Shown one piece after another: positions 11,723 through 25,800 of a stretch of DNA of 64,000 nt. The notes beneath the pieces were generated by a model, which was not told the DNA's origin, ran no database searches, and saw only the letters and a program-made list of their open reading frames with translations. The stretch lies in the NCBI RefSeq assembly GCF_009914755.1, contig NC_060930.1, one strand, 5' to 3'. A program made the translations under genes and the position numbers. This DNA comes from the human T2T-CHM13v2.0 reference genome, Homo sapiens. The number at the start of each line of letters is the position of its first letter. Positions within the stretch are counted from its first letter, which is position 1.

Positions 11723-14271
11723 AAAGATTTCTCTTGATAGAGCAATTTGGAAACACTCTTTTTGTAGAATTTGCAAGGGTACATTGAGAGCGCTTTCAGG
11801 CCTATGGTAGAAAAGGGAATATCTTTCCATAAAAGGTAGACAGAAGCAATCTCAGAAACTACTTTGTGATGTGTGCATTCAACTCACCGAGTGCAACGTT
11901 CCTCTTGACCGAGCAGTTTGGAAACATTGTTTCTGTAGAATCTGCAAGTGGATATTTGGACCTCTTTGAGGCCTTCGTTGGAAACGGGATTTCTTCCTAT
12001 AAACCCAGACAGAAGAATTCTCAGAGACTTCTTTGTGATGTGTGAATTCAACTCACAGTGTGGATCCTTCCTTTTGATAGAGCAGTTTTGAAACCCTGTT
12101 TTTGTAGTATTTCCAAGCGGATATTTGGAACGCCTTGAAGCGTATGGTAGAAAAGGAAATATCTTCCCATAAAACCTAGACAGAACCAATCTCAGAAACG
12201 ACTTTGTGATGTCTGCATTCAAGTCACAGAGTTGAACATTTCTCTTGATAGAGCAGTTTTGAAACCCTCTTTCTGAAGGATCTGCAAGTGGATATTTGGA
12301 ACTCCTTTGGGTCTTCGTTGGAAACGGGATTTCTTCGTATAAATCTAGACAGAAGAATTCTCAGAAACTTCCTTGTGATGTGTGCATTCAACTCAGCGAG
12401 TGGCACCTTCCTTTGGATACAGCAGTTTTGAAACACTGTTTTTGTAGTATTTCCAAGCGGATATTTAGAGCGCCTTGAAGCCTATGCTAGAAATGGAAAT
12501 ATCTCCCAATAAAACCAAGACGGAAGCAATCTCAGAAACTAATGTGTGATGGCTGCATTCCACACACACGGTGGACCATTTCTCTTGATAGAGCAGTTTT
12601 GAAACACTCTTTCTGTAGAATCTGCAAGTGGATAATTGGACCTCCGAGAGGCCTTCGTTGGAAACGGGATTTCTTCATCTAAACCTACAGAGAAGTATTC
12701 TCAGTAACTTCTTCGGATGTGTGCATTCGACGCACAGAATGGAACATTCCCTTTGATAGAGCAGTTTTGAGACACCGTTTTTGTAGAATTCCCAAGTGGA
12801 TATTTAGAGCACTTTGAAGTCTCTGCTAGAAAAGGAAACATCATCATGTAAAAAGTAGATAGAATCGTTCTCAGAAAGTGCTTAGTGTCGTGTGCGTTCA
12901 ACTCAGAGTTTAACGTTTCTTTTGATAGAGCGTTTCTGAAACACCCTTCTTGTAGTAGCTGCAAGTGGATATTTGGACCTATTGGAGGCCTTCTTTGGAA
13001 ATGGGATTTCTTCATGTAACTCTAGATTGAAGAATTCTCAGAAACTCCTTTGTGATGTGTGCATTCAATTCAAAGAGTGAAACCTCCCTTTTCACAGAGC
13101 AGTTTTGAAACACTGTTTTTGTAGGATTTCCAAGGGGATATTTATAGCGCATTGAGCCTACGGCGGAAAAAGAAACATCTTCCTATAAAAACTAGAGAGA
13201 ATACTTCTCAGAATCTGCTTTGCGATGTGTGCGTTCAACTCACAGAGTAAAACTTTTCTTTTGATAGAGCAGTTTTGAAACACTCTTTTTGTAGTATTTG
13301 CATGTGTATATTTAGAGCGCATTGAAGCCCACAGTAGAAAAGGAAATAACTTCACCTAAAACCTAGACAGAAGCAATCTCAGAAACTACTTTGTGATGTG
13401 TACATTCAACTCACAGAGTGGAACTTTCCTCTTTATAGAGCAGTGTTGAAACACTCTTTTTGTAGAAACTGCAAGTGGATATTTGGACCTCTTTGAGGCC
13501 TTCGTTGGAAACGGGATTTCTTCCTATAACCCTAGACAGAAGAATTTTCAGAAACCTCATTGTGATGTGTGCGTTCATCTCACAGAGTGGAGTCTTCCGT
13601 TTGATAGAGAAGTTTTGAAACCCTGTTCTTGTAGGATTTCCAAGTGGATATTTAGACCACTTTGAAGCCTATGATAGAAAAGGAAACATCTTCATGGAAA
13701 ACATAGATAGAATCATCCTCAGAAACAACTTTGTGATGTGTGCGTTGAACTCACCGTCTTTAACCTTTCTTTTGGTAGAGAAGTTTTGAAACACTCTCTT
13801 TGTAAAGTCAACAAGTGGATATTTTGAGCCCTTGGAGGCATTCTTTGGAAAAGGGAATGTCTTCACATAAAAGGCAGACGGAAGTGTTCTCAGAAACTGC
13901 TTTGTGATGTCTGTGTTCAACTCACAGAGTTTAACATTTCCTTTGATAGAGCGGTTTAGTAACCCTCTCTTTGTAGAATTTGGAAGTGTATACTAAGAGC
14001 GCTTTGAGGCCTATGGTAGAAAAGGAAATATCTTTCCATAAAAGCTAGACAGAAGCAATCTCAGAAACTCCTTTGCGATGTCTGCATTCAACTCACCGAG
14101 TGGAACATTCCTCTTGAGAGAGCAGTTTGGAAACACTCTTTCTGTAGAATCAGCTTGTTTGTATTTGGACCTCCTTGAGGCCTTCGTTGGAAACGGGTTT
14201 TCATCTTATAAACCCAGACAGAAGAATTCTCAGAGTCTTCTTTGTGATGTGTGCTTTCAACTCACCGAGAT
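11723..14271 (+). repeat. HOR unit U5, 15-mer variant with an additional 2-bp deletion (2549 bp)
   Basis: Anchor spacing 11884 to 14433 = 2549 bp. Junction within 12342-12362. CAACTCAGAG replaces CAACTCACAGAG at ~12904. Confidence 0.96.
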
Positions 14272-17200
14272 AAAGATTTCTCTTGATAGAGCAATTTGGA
14301 AACACTCTTTTTGTAGAATTTGCAAGGGTACATTGAGAGCGCTTTCAGGCCTATGGTAGAAAAGGGAATATCTTTCCATAAAAGGTAGACAGAAGCAATC
14401 TCAGAAACTACTTTGTGATGTGTGCATTCAACTCACCGAGTGCAACGTTCCTCTTGACCGAGCAGTTTGGAAACATTGTTTCTGTAGAATCTGCAAGTGG
14501 ATATTTGGACCTCTTTGAGGCCTTCGTTGGAAACGGGATTTCTTCCTATAAACCCAGACAGAAGAATTCTCAGAGACTTCTTTGTGATGTGTGAATTCAA
14601 CTCACAGTGTGGATCCTTCCTTTTGATAGAGCAGTTTTGAAACCCTGTTTTTGTAGTATTTCCAAGCGGATATTTGGAACGCCTTGAAGCGTATGGTAGA
14701 AAAGGAAATATCTTCCCATAAAACCTAGACAGAACCAATCTCAGAAACGACTTTGTGATGTCTGCATTCAACTCACAGAGTTGAACATTTCTCTTGATAG
14801 AGCAGTTTTGAAACCCTCTTTCTGAAGGATCTGCAAGTGGATATTTGGAACTCCTTTGGGTCTTCGTTGGAAACGGGATTTCTTCGTATAAATCTAGACA
14901 GAAGAATTCTCCGAAACTTCTTTGGTTGTGTGCATTCAAGTCACAGAGTGGAACCTTCCTTTGGATAGAGCAGTTTGAAACGCCGTGGTTGTAGTATTTC
15001 CAAGCGGATATTAGAGCGCCTTGAGGCCTATGGTAGAAAAGGAAATATCTTCCCATAAAACCTAGACGGAAGCAATCTCAGAAACTACTGTGTGATGGCT
15101 GCATTCCACACACACGGTGGAACATTTCTCTTGATAGAGCAGTTTTGAAACACTCTTTCTGTAGAATCTGCAAGTGGATAATTGGACCGCCTTGAGGCCT
15201 TCGTTGGAAACGGGATTTCTTCATGTTACTCTAGATAGAAGAATTCTCAAACACTGCTATGTGATGTTTGCATTCAAGTCACAGAGTGCAACATTCCTCT
15301 TGGTAGAGCAGTTGGGAAACACTCCTTTTGTAGAATCTGCAATGGGATATTTGGACTTCTTTGAGGCCTTCGTTGGAAACGGGATTTCTTCGTATGAATC
15401 TAGACAGAAGAATTCTCAGAAACTTCCTTGTGATGTGTGCATTCAACTCAGCGAGTGGCACCTTCCTTTGGATACAGCAGTTTTGAAACACTGTTTTTGT
15501 AGTATTTCCAAGCGGATATTTAGAGCGCCTTGAAGCCTATGCTAGAAATGGAAATATCTCCCCATAAAACCAAGACAGAAGCAATCTCAGAAACTAATGT
15601 GTGATGGCTGCATTCCACACACACGGTGGACCATTTCTCTTGATAGAGCAGTTTTGAAACACTCTTTCTGTAGAATCTGCAAGTGGATAATTGGACCTCC
15701 TAGAGGCCTTCGTTGGAAACGGGATTTCTTCATCTAAACCTACAGAGAAGAATTCTCAGTAACTTCTTCGGATGTGTGCATTCGACGCACAGAATGGAAC
15801 ATTCCCTTTGATAGAGCAGTTTTGAGACACCGTTTTTGTAGAATTCCCAAGTGGATATTTAGAGCACTTTGAAGTCTCTGCTAGAAAAGGAAACATCTTC
15901 ATGTAAAAAGTAGATAGAATCGTTCTCAGAAAGTGCTTAGTGACGTGTGCGTTCAACTCACAGAGTTTAACGTTTCTTTTGATAGAGCGTTTCTGAAACA
16001 CCCTTCTTGTAGTAGCTGCAAGTGGATATTTGGACCTATTGGAGGCCTTCTTTGGAAATGGGATTTCTTCATGTAACTCTAGATTGAAGAGTTCTCAGAA
16101 ACTCCTTTGTGATGTGTGCATTCAATTCAAAGAGTGAAACCTCCCTTTTCACAGAGCAGTTTTGAAACACTGTTTTTGTAGGATTTCCAAGGGGATATTT
16201 ATAGCGCATTGAGCCTACGGCGGAAAAAGAAACATCTTCCTATAAAAACTAGACAGAATACTTCTCAGAATCTGCTTTGCGATGTGTGCGTTCAACTCAC
16301 AGAGTAAAACTTTTCTTTTGATAGAGCAGTTTTGAAACACTCTTTTTGTAGTATTTGCATGTGTATATTTAGAGCGCATTGAAGCCCACAGTAGAAAAGG
16401 AAATAACTTCACCTAAAACCTAGACAGAAGCAATCTCAGAAACTACTTTGTGATGTGTACATTCAACTCACAGAGTGGAACTTTCCTCTTTATAGAGCAG
16501 TGTTGAAACACTCTTTTTGTAGAAACTGCAAGTGGATATTTGGACCTCTTTGAGGCCTTCGTTGGAAACGGGATTTCTTCCTATAACCCTAGACAGAAGA
16601 ATTTTCAGAAACCTCATTGTGATGTGTGCGTTCATCTCACAGAGTGGAGTCTTCCGTTTGATAGAGAAGTTTTGAAACCCTGTTCTTGTAGGATTTCCAA
16701 GTGGATATTTAGACCACTTTGAAGCCTATGATAGAAAAGGAAACATCTTCATGGAAAACATAGATAGAATCATCCTCAGAAACAACTTTGTGATGTGTGC
16801 GTTGAACTCACCGTCTTTAACCTTTCTTTTGGTAGAGAAGTTTTGAAACACTCTCTTTGTAAAGTCTACAAGTGGATATTTTGAGCCCTTGGAGGCATTC
16901 TTTGGAAAAGGGAATGTCTTCACATAAAAGGCAGACGGAAGTGTTCTCAGAAACTGCTTTGTGATGTCTGTGTTCAACTCACAGAGTTTAACATTTCCTT
17001 TGATAGAGCGGTTTAGTAACCCTCTCTTTGTAGAATTTGGAAGTGTATACTAAGAGCGCTTTGAGGCCTATGGTAGAAAAGGAAATATCTTTCCATAAAA
17101 GCTAGACAGAAGCAATCTCAGAAACTCCTCTGTGATGTCTGCATTCAACTCACCGAGTGGAACATTCCTCTTGAGAGAGCAGTTTGGAAACACTCTTTCT

Positions 17201-17328
17201 GTAGAATCAGCTTGTTTGTATTTGGACCTCCTTGAGGCCTTCGTTGGAAACGGGTTTTCATCTTATAAACCCAGACAGAAGAATTCTCAGAGTCTTCTTT
17301 GTGATGTGTGCTTTCAACTCACCGAGAT
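14272..17328 (+). repeat. HOR unit U6, canonical 18-mer
   Basis: Anchor spacing 14433 to 17490 = 3057 bp. Confidence 0.97.
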
Positions 17329-19879
17329 AAAGATTTCTCTTGATAGAGCAATTTGGAAACACTCTTTTTGTAGAATTTGCAAGGGTACATTGAGAGCGCT
17401 TTCAGGCCTATGGTAGAAAAGGGAATATCTTTCCATAAAAGGTAGACAGAAGCAATCTCAGAAACTACTTTGTGATGTGTGCATTCAACTCACCGAGTGC
17501 AACGTTCCTCTTGACCGAGCAGTTTGGAAACATTGTTTCTGTAGAATCTGCAAGTGGATATTTGGACCTCTTTGAGGCCTTCGTTGGAAACGGGATTTCT
17601 TCCTATAAACCCAGACAGAAGAATTCTCAGAGACTTCTTTGTGATGTGTGAATTCAACTCACAGTGTGGATCCTTCCTTTTGATAGAGCAGTTTTGAAAC
17701 CCTGTTTTTGTAGTATTTCCAAGCGGATATTTGGAACGCCTTGAAGCGTATGGTAGAAAAGGAAATATCTTCCCATAAAACCTAGACAGAACCAATCTCA
17801 GAAACGACTTTGTGATGTCTGCATTCAAGTCACAGAGTTGAACATTTCTCTTGATAGAGCAGTTTTGAAACCCTCTTTCTGAAGGATCTGCAAGTGGATA
17901 TTTGGAACTCCTTTGGGTCTTCGTTGGAAACGGGATTTCTTCGTATAAATCTAGACAGAAGAATTCTCAGAAACTTCCTTGTGATGTGTGCATTCAACTC
18001 AGCGAGTGGCACCTTCCTTTGGATACAGCAGTTTTGAAACACTGTTTTTGTAGTATTTCCAAGCGGATATTTAGAGCGCCTTGAAGCCTATGCTAGAAAT
18101 GGAAATATCTCCCCATAAAACCAAGACGGAAGCAATCTCAGAAACTAATGTGTGATGGCTGCATTCCACACACACGGTGGACCATTTCTCTTGATAGAGC
18201 AGTTTTGAAACACTCTTTCTGTAGAATCTGCAAGTGGATAATTGGACCTCCGAGAGGCCTTCGTTGGAAACGGGATTTCTTCATCTAAACCTACAGAGAA
18301 GTATTCTCAGTAACTTCTTCGGATGTGTGCATTCGACGCACAGAATGGAACATTCCCTTTGATAGAGCAGTTTTGAGACACCGTTTTTGTAGAATTCCCA
18401 AGTGGATATTTAGAGCACTTTGAAGTCTCTGCTAGAAAAGGAAACATCATCATGTAAAAAGTAGATAGAATCGTTCTCAGAAAGTGCTTAGTGTCGTGTG
18501 CGTTCAACTCACAGAGTTTAACGTTTCTTTTGATAGAGCGTTTCTGAAACACCCTTCTTGTAGTAGCTGCAAGTGGATATTTGGACCTATTTTAGGCCTT
18601 CTTTGGAAATGGGATTTCTTCATGTAACTCTAGATTGAAGAATTCTCAGAAACTCCTTTGTGATGTGTGCATTCAATTCAAAGAGTGAAACCTCCCTTTT
18701 CACAGAGCAGTTTTGAAACACTGTTTTTGTAGGATTTCCAAGGGGATATTTATAGCGCATTGAGCCTACGGCGGAAAAAGAAACATCTTCCTATAAAAAC
18801 TAGAGAGAATACTTCTCAGAATCTGCTTTGCGATGTGTGCGTTCAACTCACAGAGTAAAACTTTTCTTTTGATAGAGCAGTTTTGAAACACTCTTTTTGT
18901 AGTATTTGCATGTGTATATTTAGAGCGCATTGAAGCCCACAGTAGAAAAGGAAATAACTTCACCTAAAACCTAGACAGAAGCAATCTCAGAAACTACTTT
19001 GTGATGTGTACATTCAACTCACAGAGTGGAACTTTCCTCTTTATAGAGCAGTGTTGAAACACTCTTTTTGTAGAAACTGCAAGTGGATATTTGGACCTCT
19101 TTGAGGCCTTCGTTGGAAACGGGATTTCTTCCTATAACCCTAGACAGAAGAATTTTCAGAAACCTCATTGTGATGTGTGCGTTCATCTCACAGAGTGGAG
19201 TCTTCCGTTTGATAGAGAAGTTTTGAAACCCTGTTCTTGTAGGATTTCCAAGTGGATATTTAGACCACTTTGAAGCCTATGATAGAAAAGGAAACATCTT
19301 CATGGAAAACATAGATAGAATCATCCTCAGAAACAACTTTGTGATGTGTGCGTTGAACTCACCGTCTTTAACCTTTCTTTTGGTAGAGAAGTTTTGAAAC
19401 ACTCTCTTTGTAAAGTCTACAAGTGGATATTTTGAGCCCTTGGAGGCATTCTTTGGAAAAGGGAATGTCTTCACATAAAAGGCAGACGGAAGTGTTCTCA
19501 GAAACTGCTTTGTGATGTCTGTGTTCAACTCACAGAGTTTAACATTTCCTTTGATAGAGCGGTTTAGTAACCCTCTCTTTGTAGAATTTGGAAGTGTATA
19601 CTAAGAGCGCTTTGAGGCCTATGGTAGAAAAGGAAATATCTTTCCATAAAAGCTAGACAGAAGCAATCTCAGAAACTCCTTTGCGATGTCTGCATTCAAC
19701 TCACCGAGTGGAACATTCCTCTTGAGAGAGCAGTTTGGAAACACTCTTTCTGTAGAATCAGCTTGTTTGTATTTGGACCTCCTTGAGGCCTTCGTTGGAA
19801 ACGGGTTTTCATCTTATAAACCCAGACAGAAGAATTCTCAGAGTCTTCTTTGTGATGTGTGCTTTCAACTCACCGAGAT
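17329..19879 (+). repeat. HOR unit U7, 15-mer structural variant (2551 bp)
   Basis: Anchor spacing 17490 to 20041 = 2551 bp. Junction within 17948-17968. Confidence 0.97.
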
Positions 19880-22800
19880 AAAGATTTCTCTTGATAGAGC
19901 AATTTGGAAACACTCTTTTTGTAGAATTTGCAAGGGTACATTGAGAGCGCTTTCAGGCCTATGGTAGAAAAGGGAATATCTTTCCATAAAAGGTAGACAG
20001 AAGCAATCTCAGAAACTACTTTGTGATGTGTGCATTCAACTCACCGAGTGCAACGTTCCTCTTGACCGAGCAGTTTGGAAACATTGTTTCTGTAGAATCT
20101 GCAAGTGGATATTTGGACCTCTTTGAGGCCTTCGTTGGAAACGGGATTTCTTCCTATAAACCCAGACAGAAGAATTCTCAGAGACTTCTTTGTGATGTGT
20201 GAATTCAACTCACAGTGTGGATCCTTCCTTTTGATAGAGCAGTTTTGAAACCCTGTTTTTGTAGTATTTCCAAGCGGATATTTGGAACGCCTTGAAGCGT
20301 ATGGTAGAAAAGGAAATATCTTCCCATAAAACCTAGACAGAACCAATCTCAGAAACGACTTTGTGATGTCTGCATTCAAGTCACAGAGTTGAACATTTCT
20401 CTTGATAGAGCAGTTTTGAAACCCTCTTTCTGAAGGATCTGCAAGTGGATATTTGGAACTCCTTTGGGTCTTCGTTGGAAACGGGATTTCTTCGTATAAA
20501 TCTAGACAGAAGAATTCTCCGAAACTTCTTTGGTTGTGTGCATTCAAGTCACAGAGTGGAACCTTCCTTTGGATAGAGCAGTTTGAAACGCCGTGGTTGT
20601 AGTATTTCCAAGCGGATATTAGAGCGCCTTGAGGCCTATGGTAGAAAAGGAAATATCTTCCCATAAAACCTAGACGGAAGCAATCTCAGAAACTACTGTG
20701 TGATGGCTGCATTCCACACACACGGTGGAACATTTCTCTTGATAGAGCAGTTTTGAAACACTCTTTCTGTAGAATCTGCAAGTGGATAATTGGACCGCCT
20801 TGAGGCCTTCGTTGGAAACGGGATTTCTTCATGTTACTCTAGATAGAAGAATTCTCAAACACTGCTATGTGATGTTTGCATTCAAGTCACAGAGTGCAAC
20901 ATTCCTCTTGGTAGAGCAGTTGGGAAACACTCCTTTTGTAGAATCTGCAATGGGATATTTGGACTTCTTTGAGGCCTTCGTTGGAAACGGGATTTCTTCG
21001 TATGAATCTAGACAGAAGAATTCTCAGAAACTTCCTTGTGATGTGTGCATTCAACTCAGCGAGTGGCACCTTCCTTTGGATACAGCAGTTTTGAAACACT
21101 GTTTTTGTAGTATTTCCAAGCGGATATTTAGAGCGCCTTGAAGCCTATGCTAGAAATGGAAATATCTCCCCATAAAACCAAGACAGAAGCAATCTCAGAA
21201 ACTAATGTGTGATGGCTGCATTCCACACACACGGTGGACCATTTCTCTTGATAGAGCAGTTTTGAAACACTCTTTCTGTAGAATCTGCAAGTGGATAATT
21301 GGACCTCCTAGAGGCCTTCGTTGGAAACGGGATTTCTTCATCTAAACCTACAGAGAAGAATTCTCAGTAACTTCTTCGGATGTGTGCATTCGACGCACAG
21401 AATGGAACATTCCCTTTGATAGAGCAGTTTTGAGACACCGTTTTTGTAGAATTCCCAAGTGGATATTTAGAGCACTTTGAAGTCTCTGCTAGAAAAGGAA
21501 ACATCTTCATGTAAAAAGTAGATAGAATCGTTCTCAGAAAGTGCTTAGTGACGTGTGCGTTCAACTCACAGAGTTTAACGTTTCTTTTGATAGAGCGTTT
21601 CTGAAACACCCTTCTTGTAGTAGCTGCAAGTGGATATTTGGACCTATTGGAGGCCTTCTTTGGAAACGGGATTTCTTCATGTAACTCTAGATTGAAGAGT
21701 TCTCAGAAACTCCTTTGTGATGTGTGCATTCAATTCAAAGAGTGAAACCTCCCTTTTCACAGAGCAGTTTTGAAACACTGTTTTTGTAGGATTTCCAAGG
21801 GGATATTTATAGCGCATTGAGCCTACGGCGGAAAAAGAAACATCTTCCTATAAAAACTAGACAGAATACTTCTCAGAATCTGCTTTGCGATGTGTGCGTT
21901 CAACTCACAGAGTAAAACTTTTCTTTTGATAGAGCAGTTTTGAAACACTCTTTTTGTAGTATTTGCATGTGTATATTTAGAGCGCATTGAAGCCCACAGT
22001 AGAAAAGGAAATAACTTCACCTAAAACCTAGACAGAAGCAATCTCAGAAACTACTTTGTGATGTGTACATTCAACTCACAGAGTGGAACTTTCCTCTTTA
22101 TAGAGCAGTGTTGAAACACTCTTTTTGTAGAAACTGCAAGTGGATATTTGGACCTCTTTGAGGCCTTCGTTGGAAACGGGATTTCTTCCTATAACCCTAG
22201 ACAGAAGAATTTTCAGAAACCTCATTGTGATGTGTGCGTTCATCTCACAGAGTGGAGTCTTCCGTTTGATAGAGAAGTTTTGAAACCCTGTTCTTGTAGG
22301 ATTTCCAAGTGGATATTTAGACCACTTTGAAGCCTATGATAGAAAAGGAAACATCTTCATGGAATACATAGATAGAATCATCCTCAGAAACAACTTTGTG
22401 ATGTGTGCGTTGAACTCACCGTCTTTAACCTTTCTTTTGGTAGAGAAGTTTTGAAACACTCTCTTTGTAAAGTCTACAAGTGGATATTTTGAGCCCTTGG
22501 AGGCATTCTTTGGAAAAGGGAATGTCTTCACATAAAAGGCAGACGGAAGTGTTCTCAGAAACTGCTTTGTGATGTCTGTGTTCAACTCACAGAGTTTAAC
22601 ATTTCCTTTGATAGAGCGGTTTAGTAACCCTCTCTTTGTAGAATTTGGAAGTGTATACTAAGAGCGCTTTGAGGCCTATGGTAGAAAAGGAAATATCTTT
22701 CCATAAAAGCTAGACAGAAGCAATCTCAGAAACTCCTCTGCGATGTCTGCATTCAACTCACCGAGTGGAACATTCCTCTTGAGAGAGCAGTTTGGAAACA

Positions 22801-25800
22801 CTCTTTCTGTAGAATCAGCTTGTTTGTATTTGGACCTCCTTGAGGCCTTCGTTGGAAACGGGTTTTCATCTTATAAACCCAGACAGAAGAATTCTCAGAG
22901 TCTTCTTTGTGATGTGTGCTTTCAACTCACCGAGATAAAGATTTCTCTTGATAGAGCAATTTGGAAACACTCTTTTTGTAGAATTTGCAAGGGTACATTG
23001 AGAGCGCTTTCAGGCCTATGGTAGAAAAGGGAATATCTTTCCATAAAAGGTAGACAGAAGCAATCTCAGAAACTACTTTGTGATGTGTGCATTCAACTCA
23101 CCGAGTGCAACGTTCCTCTTGACCGAGCAGTTTGGAAACATTGTTTCTGTAGAATCTGCAAGTGGATATTTGGACCTCTTTGAGGCCTTCGTTGGAAACG
23201 GGATTTCTTCCTATAAACCCAGACAGAAGAATTCTCAGAGACTTCTTTGTGATGTGTGAATTCAACTCACAGTGTGGATCCTTCCTTTTGATAGAGCAGT
23301 TTTGAAACCCTGTTTTTGTAGTATTTCCAAGCGGATATTTGGAACGCCTTGAAGCGTATGGTAGAAAAGGAAATATCTTCCCATAAAACCTAGACAGAAC
23401 CAATCTCAGAAACGACTTTGTGATGTCTGCATTCAAGTCACAGAGTTGAACATTTCTCTTGATAGAGCAGTTTTGAAACCCTCTTTCTGAAGGATCTGCA
23501 AGTGGATATTTGGAACTCCTTTGGGTCTTCGTTGGAAACGGGATTTCTTCGTATAAATCTAGACAGAAGAATTCTCCGAAACTTCTTTGGTTGTGTGCAT
23601 TCAAGTCACAGAGTGGAACCTTCCTTTGGATAGAGCAGTTTGAAACGCCGTGGTTGTAGTATTTCCAAGCGGATATTAGAGCGCCTTGAGGCCTATGGTA
23701 GAAAAGGAAATATCTTCCCATAAAACCTAGACGGAAGCAATCTCAGAAACTACTGTGTGATGGCTGCATTCCACACACACGGTGGAACATTTCTCTTGAT
23801 AGAGCAGTTTTGAAACACTCTTTCTGTAGAATCTGCAAGTGGATAATTGGACCGCCTTGAGGCCTTCGTTGGAAACGGGATTTCTTCATGTTACTCTAGA
23901 TAGAAGAATTCTCAAACACTGCTATGTGATGTTTGCATTCAAGTCACAGAGTGCAACATTCCTCTTGGTAGAGCAGTTGGGAAACACTCCTTTTGTAGAA
24001 TCTGCAATGGGATATTTGGACTTCTTTGAGGCCTTCGTTGGAAACGGGATTTCTTCGTATGAATCTAGACAGAAGAATTCTCAGAAACTTCCTTGTGATG
24101 TGTGCATTCAACTCAGCGAGTGGCACCTTCCTTTGGATACAGCAGTTTTGAAACACTGTTTTTGTAGTATTTCCAAGCGGATATTTAGAGCGCCTTGAAG
24201 CCTATGCTAGAAATGGAAATATCTCCCCATAAAACCAAGACAGAAGCAATCTCAGAAACTAATGTGTGATGGCTGCATTCCACACACACGGTGGACCATT
24301 TCTCTTGATAGAGCAGTTTTGAAACACTCTTTCTGTAGAATCTGCAAGTGGATGATTGGACCTCCTAGAGGCCTTCGTTGGAAACGGGATTTCTTCATCT
24401 AAACCTACAGAGAAGAATTCTCAGTAACTTCTTCGGATGTGTGCATTCGACGCACAGAATGGAACATTCCCTTTGATAGAGCAGTTTTGAGACACCGTTT
24501 TTGTAGAATTCCCAAGTGGATATTTAGAGCACTTTGAAGTCTCTGCTAGAAAAGGAAACATCTTCATGTAAAAAGTAGATAGAATCGTTCTCAGAAAGTG
24601 CTTAGTGACGTGTGCGTTCAACTCACAGAGTTTAACGTTTCTTTTGATAGAGCGTTTCTGAAACACCCTTCTTGTAGTAGCTGCAAGTGGATATTTGGAC
24701 CTATTGGAGGCCTTCTTTGGAAACGGGATTTCTTCATGTAACTCTAGATTGAAGAGTTCTCAGAAACTCCTTTGTGATGTGTGCATTCAATTCAAAGAGT
24801 GAAACCTCCCTTTTCACAGAGCAGTTTTGAAACACTGTTTTTGTAGGATTTCCAAGGGGATATTTATAGCGCATTGAGCCTACGGCGGAAAAAGAAACAT
24901 CTTCCTATAAAAACTAGACAGAATACTTCTCAGAATCTGCTTTGCGATGTGTGCGTTCAACTCACAGAGTAAAACTTTTCTTTTGATAGAGCAGTTTTGA
25001 AACACTCTTTTTGTAGTATTTGCATGTGTATATTTAGAGCGCATTGAAGCCCACAGTAGAAAAGGAAATAACTTCACCTAAAACCTAGACAGAAGCAATC
25101 TCAGAAACTACTTTGTGATGTGTACATTCAACTCACAGAGTGGAACTTTCCTCTTTATAGAGCAGTGTTGAAACACTCTTTTTGTAGAAACTGCAAGTGG
25201 ATATTTGGACCTCTTTGAGGCCTTCGTTGGAAACGGGATTTCTTCCTATAACCCTAGACAGAAGAATTTTCAGAAACCTCATTGTGATGTGTGCGTTCAT
25301 CTCACAGAGTGGAGTCTTCCGTTTGATAGAGAAGTTTTGAAACCCTGTTCTTGTAGGATTTCCAAGTGGATATTTAGACCACTTTGAAGCCTATGATAGA
25401 AAAGGAAACATCTTCATGGAAAACATAGATAGAATCATCCTCAGAAACAACTTTGTGATGTGTGCGTTGAACTCACCGTCTTTAACCTTTCTTTTGGTAG
25501 AGAAGTTTTGAAACACTCTCTTTGTAAAGTCTACAAGTGGATATTTTGAGCCCTTGGAGGCATTCTTTGGAAAAGGGAATGTCTTCACATAAAAGGCAGA
25601 CGGAAGTGTTCTCAGAAACTGCTTTGTGATGTCTGTGTTCAACTCACAGAGTTTAACATTTCCTTTGATAGAGCGGTTTAGTAACCCTCTCTTTGTAGAA
25701 TTTGGAAGTGTATACTAAGAGCGCTTTGAGGCCTATGGTAGAAAAGGAAATATCTTTCCATAAAAGCTAGACAGAAGCAATCTCAGAAACTCCTTTGTGA

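Noticed and set aside
12701-13015. Unique 104-aa ORF seen only once
   Set aside because: It arises solely from the 2-bp deletion at ~12904 fusing two spurious reading frames.
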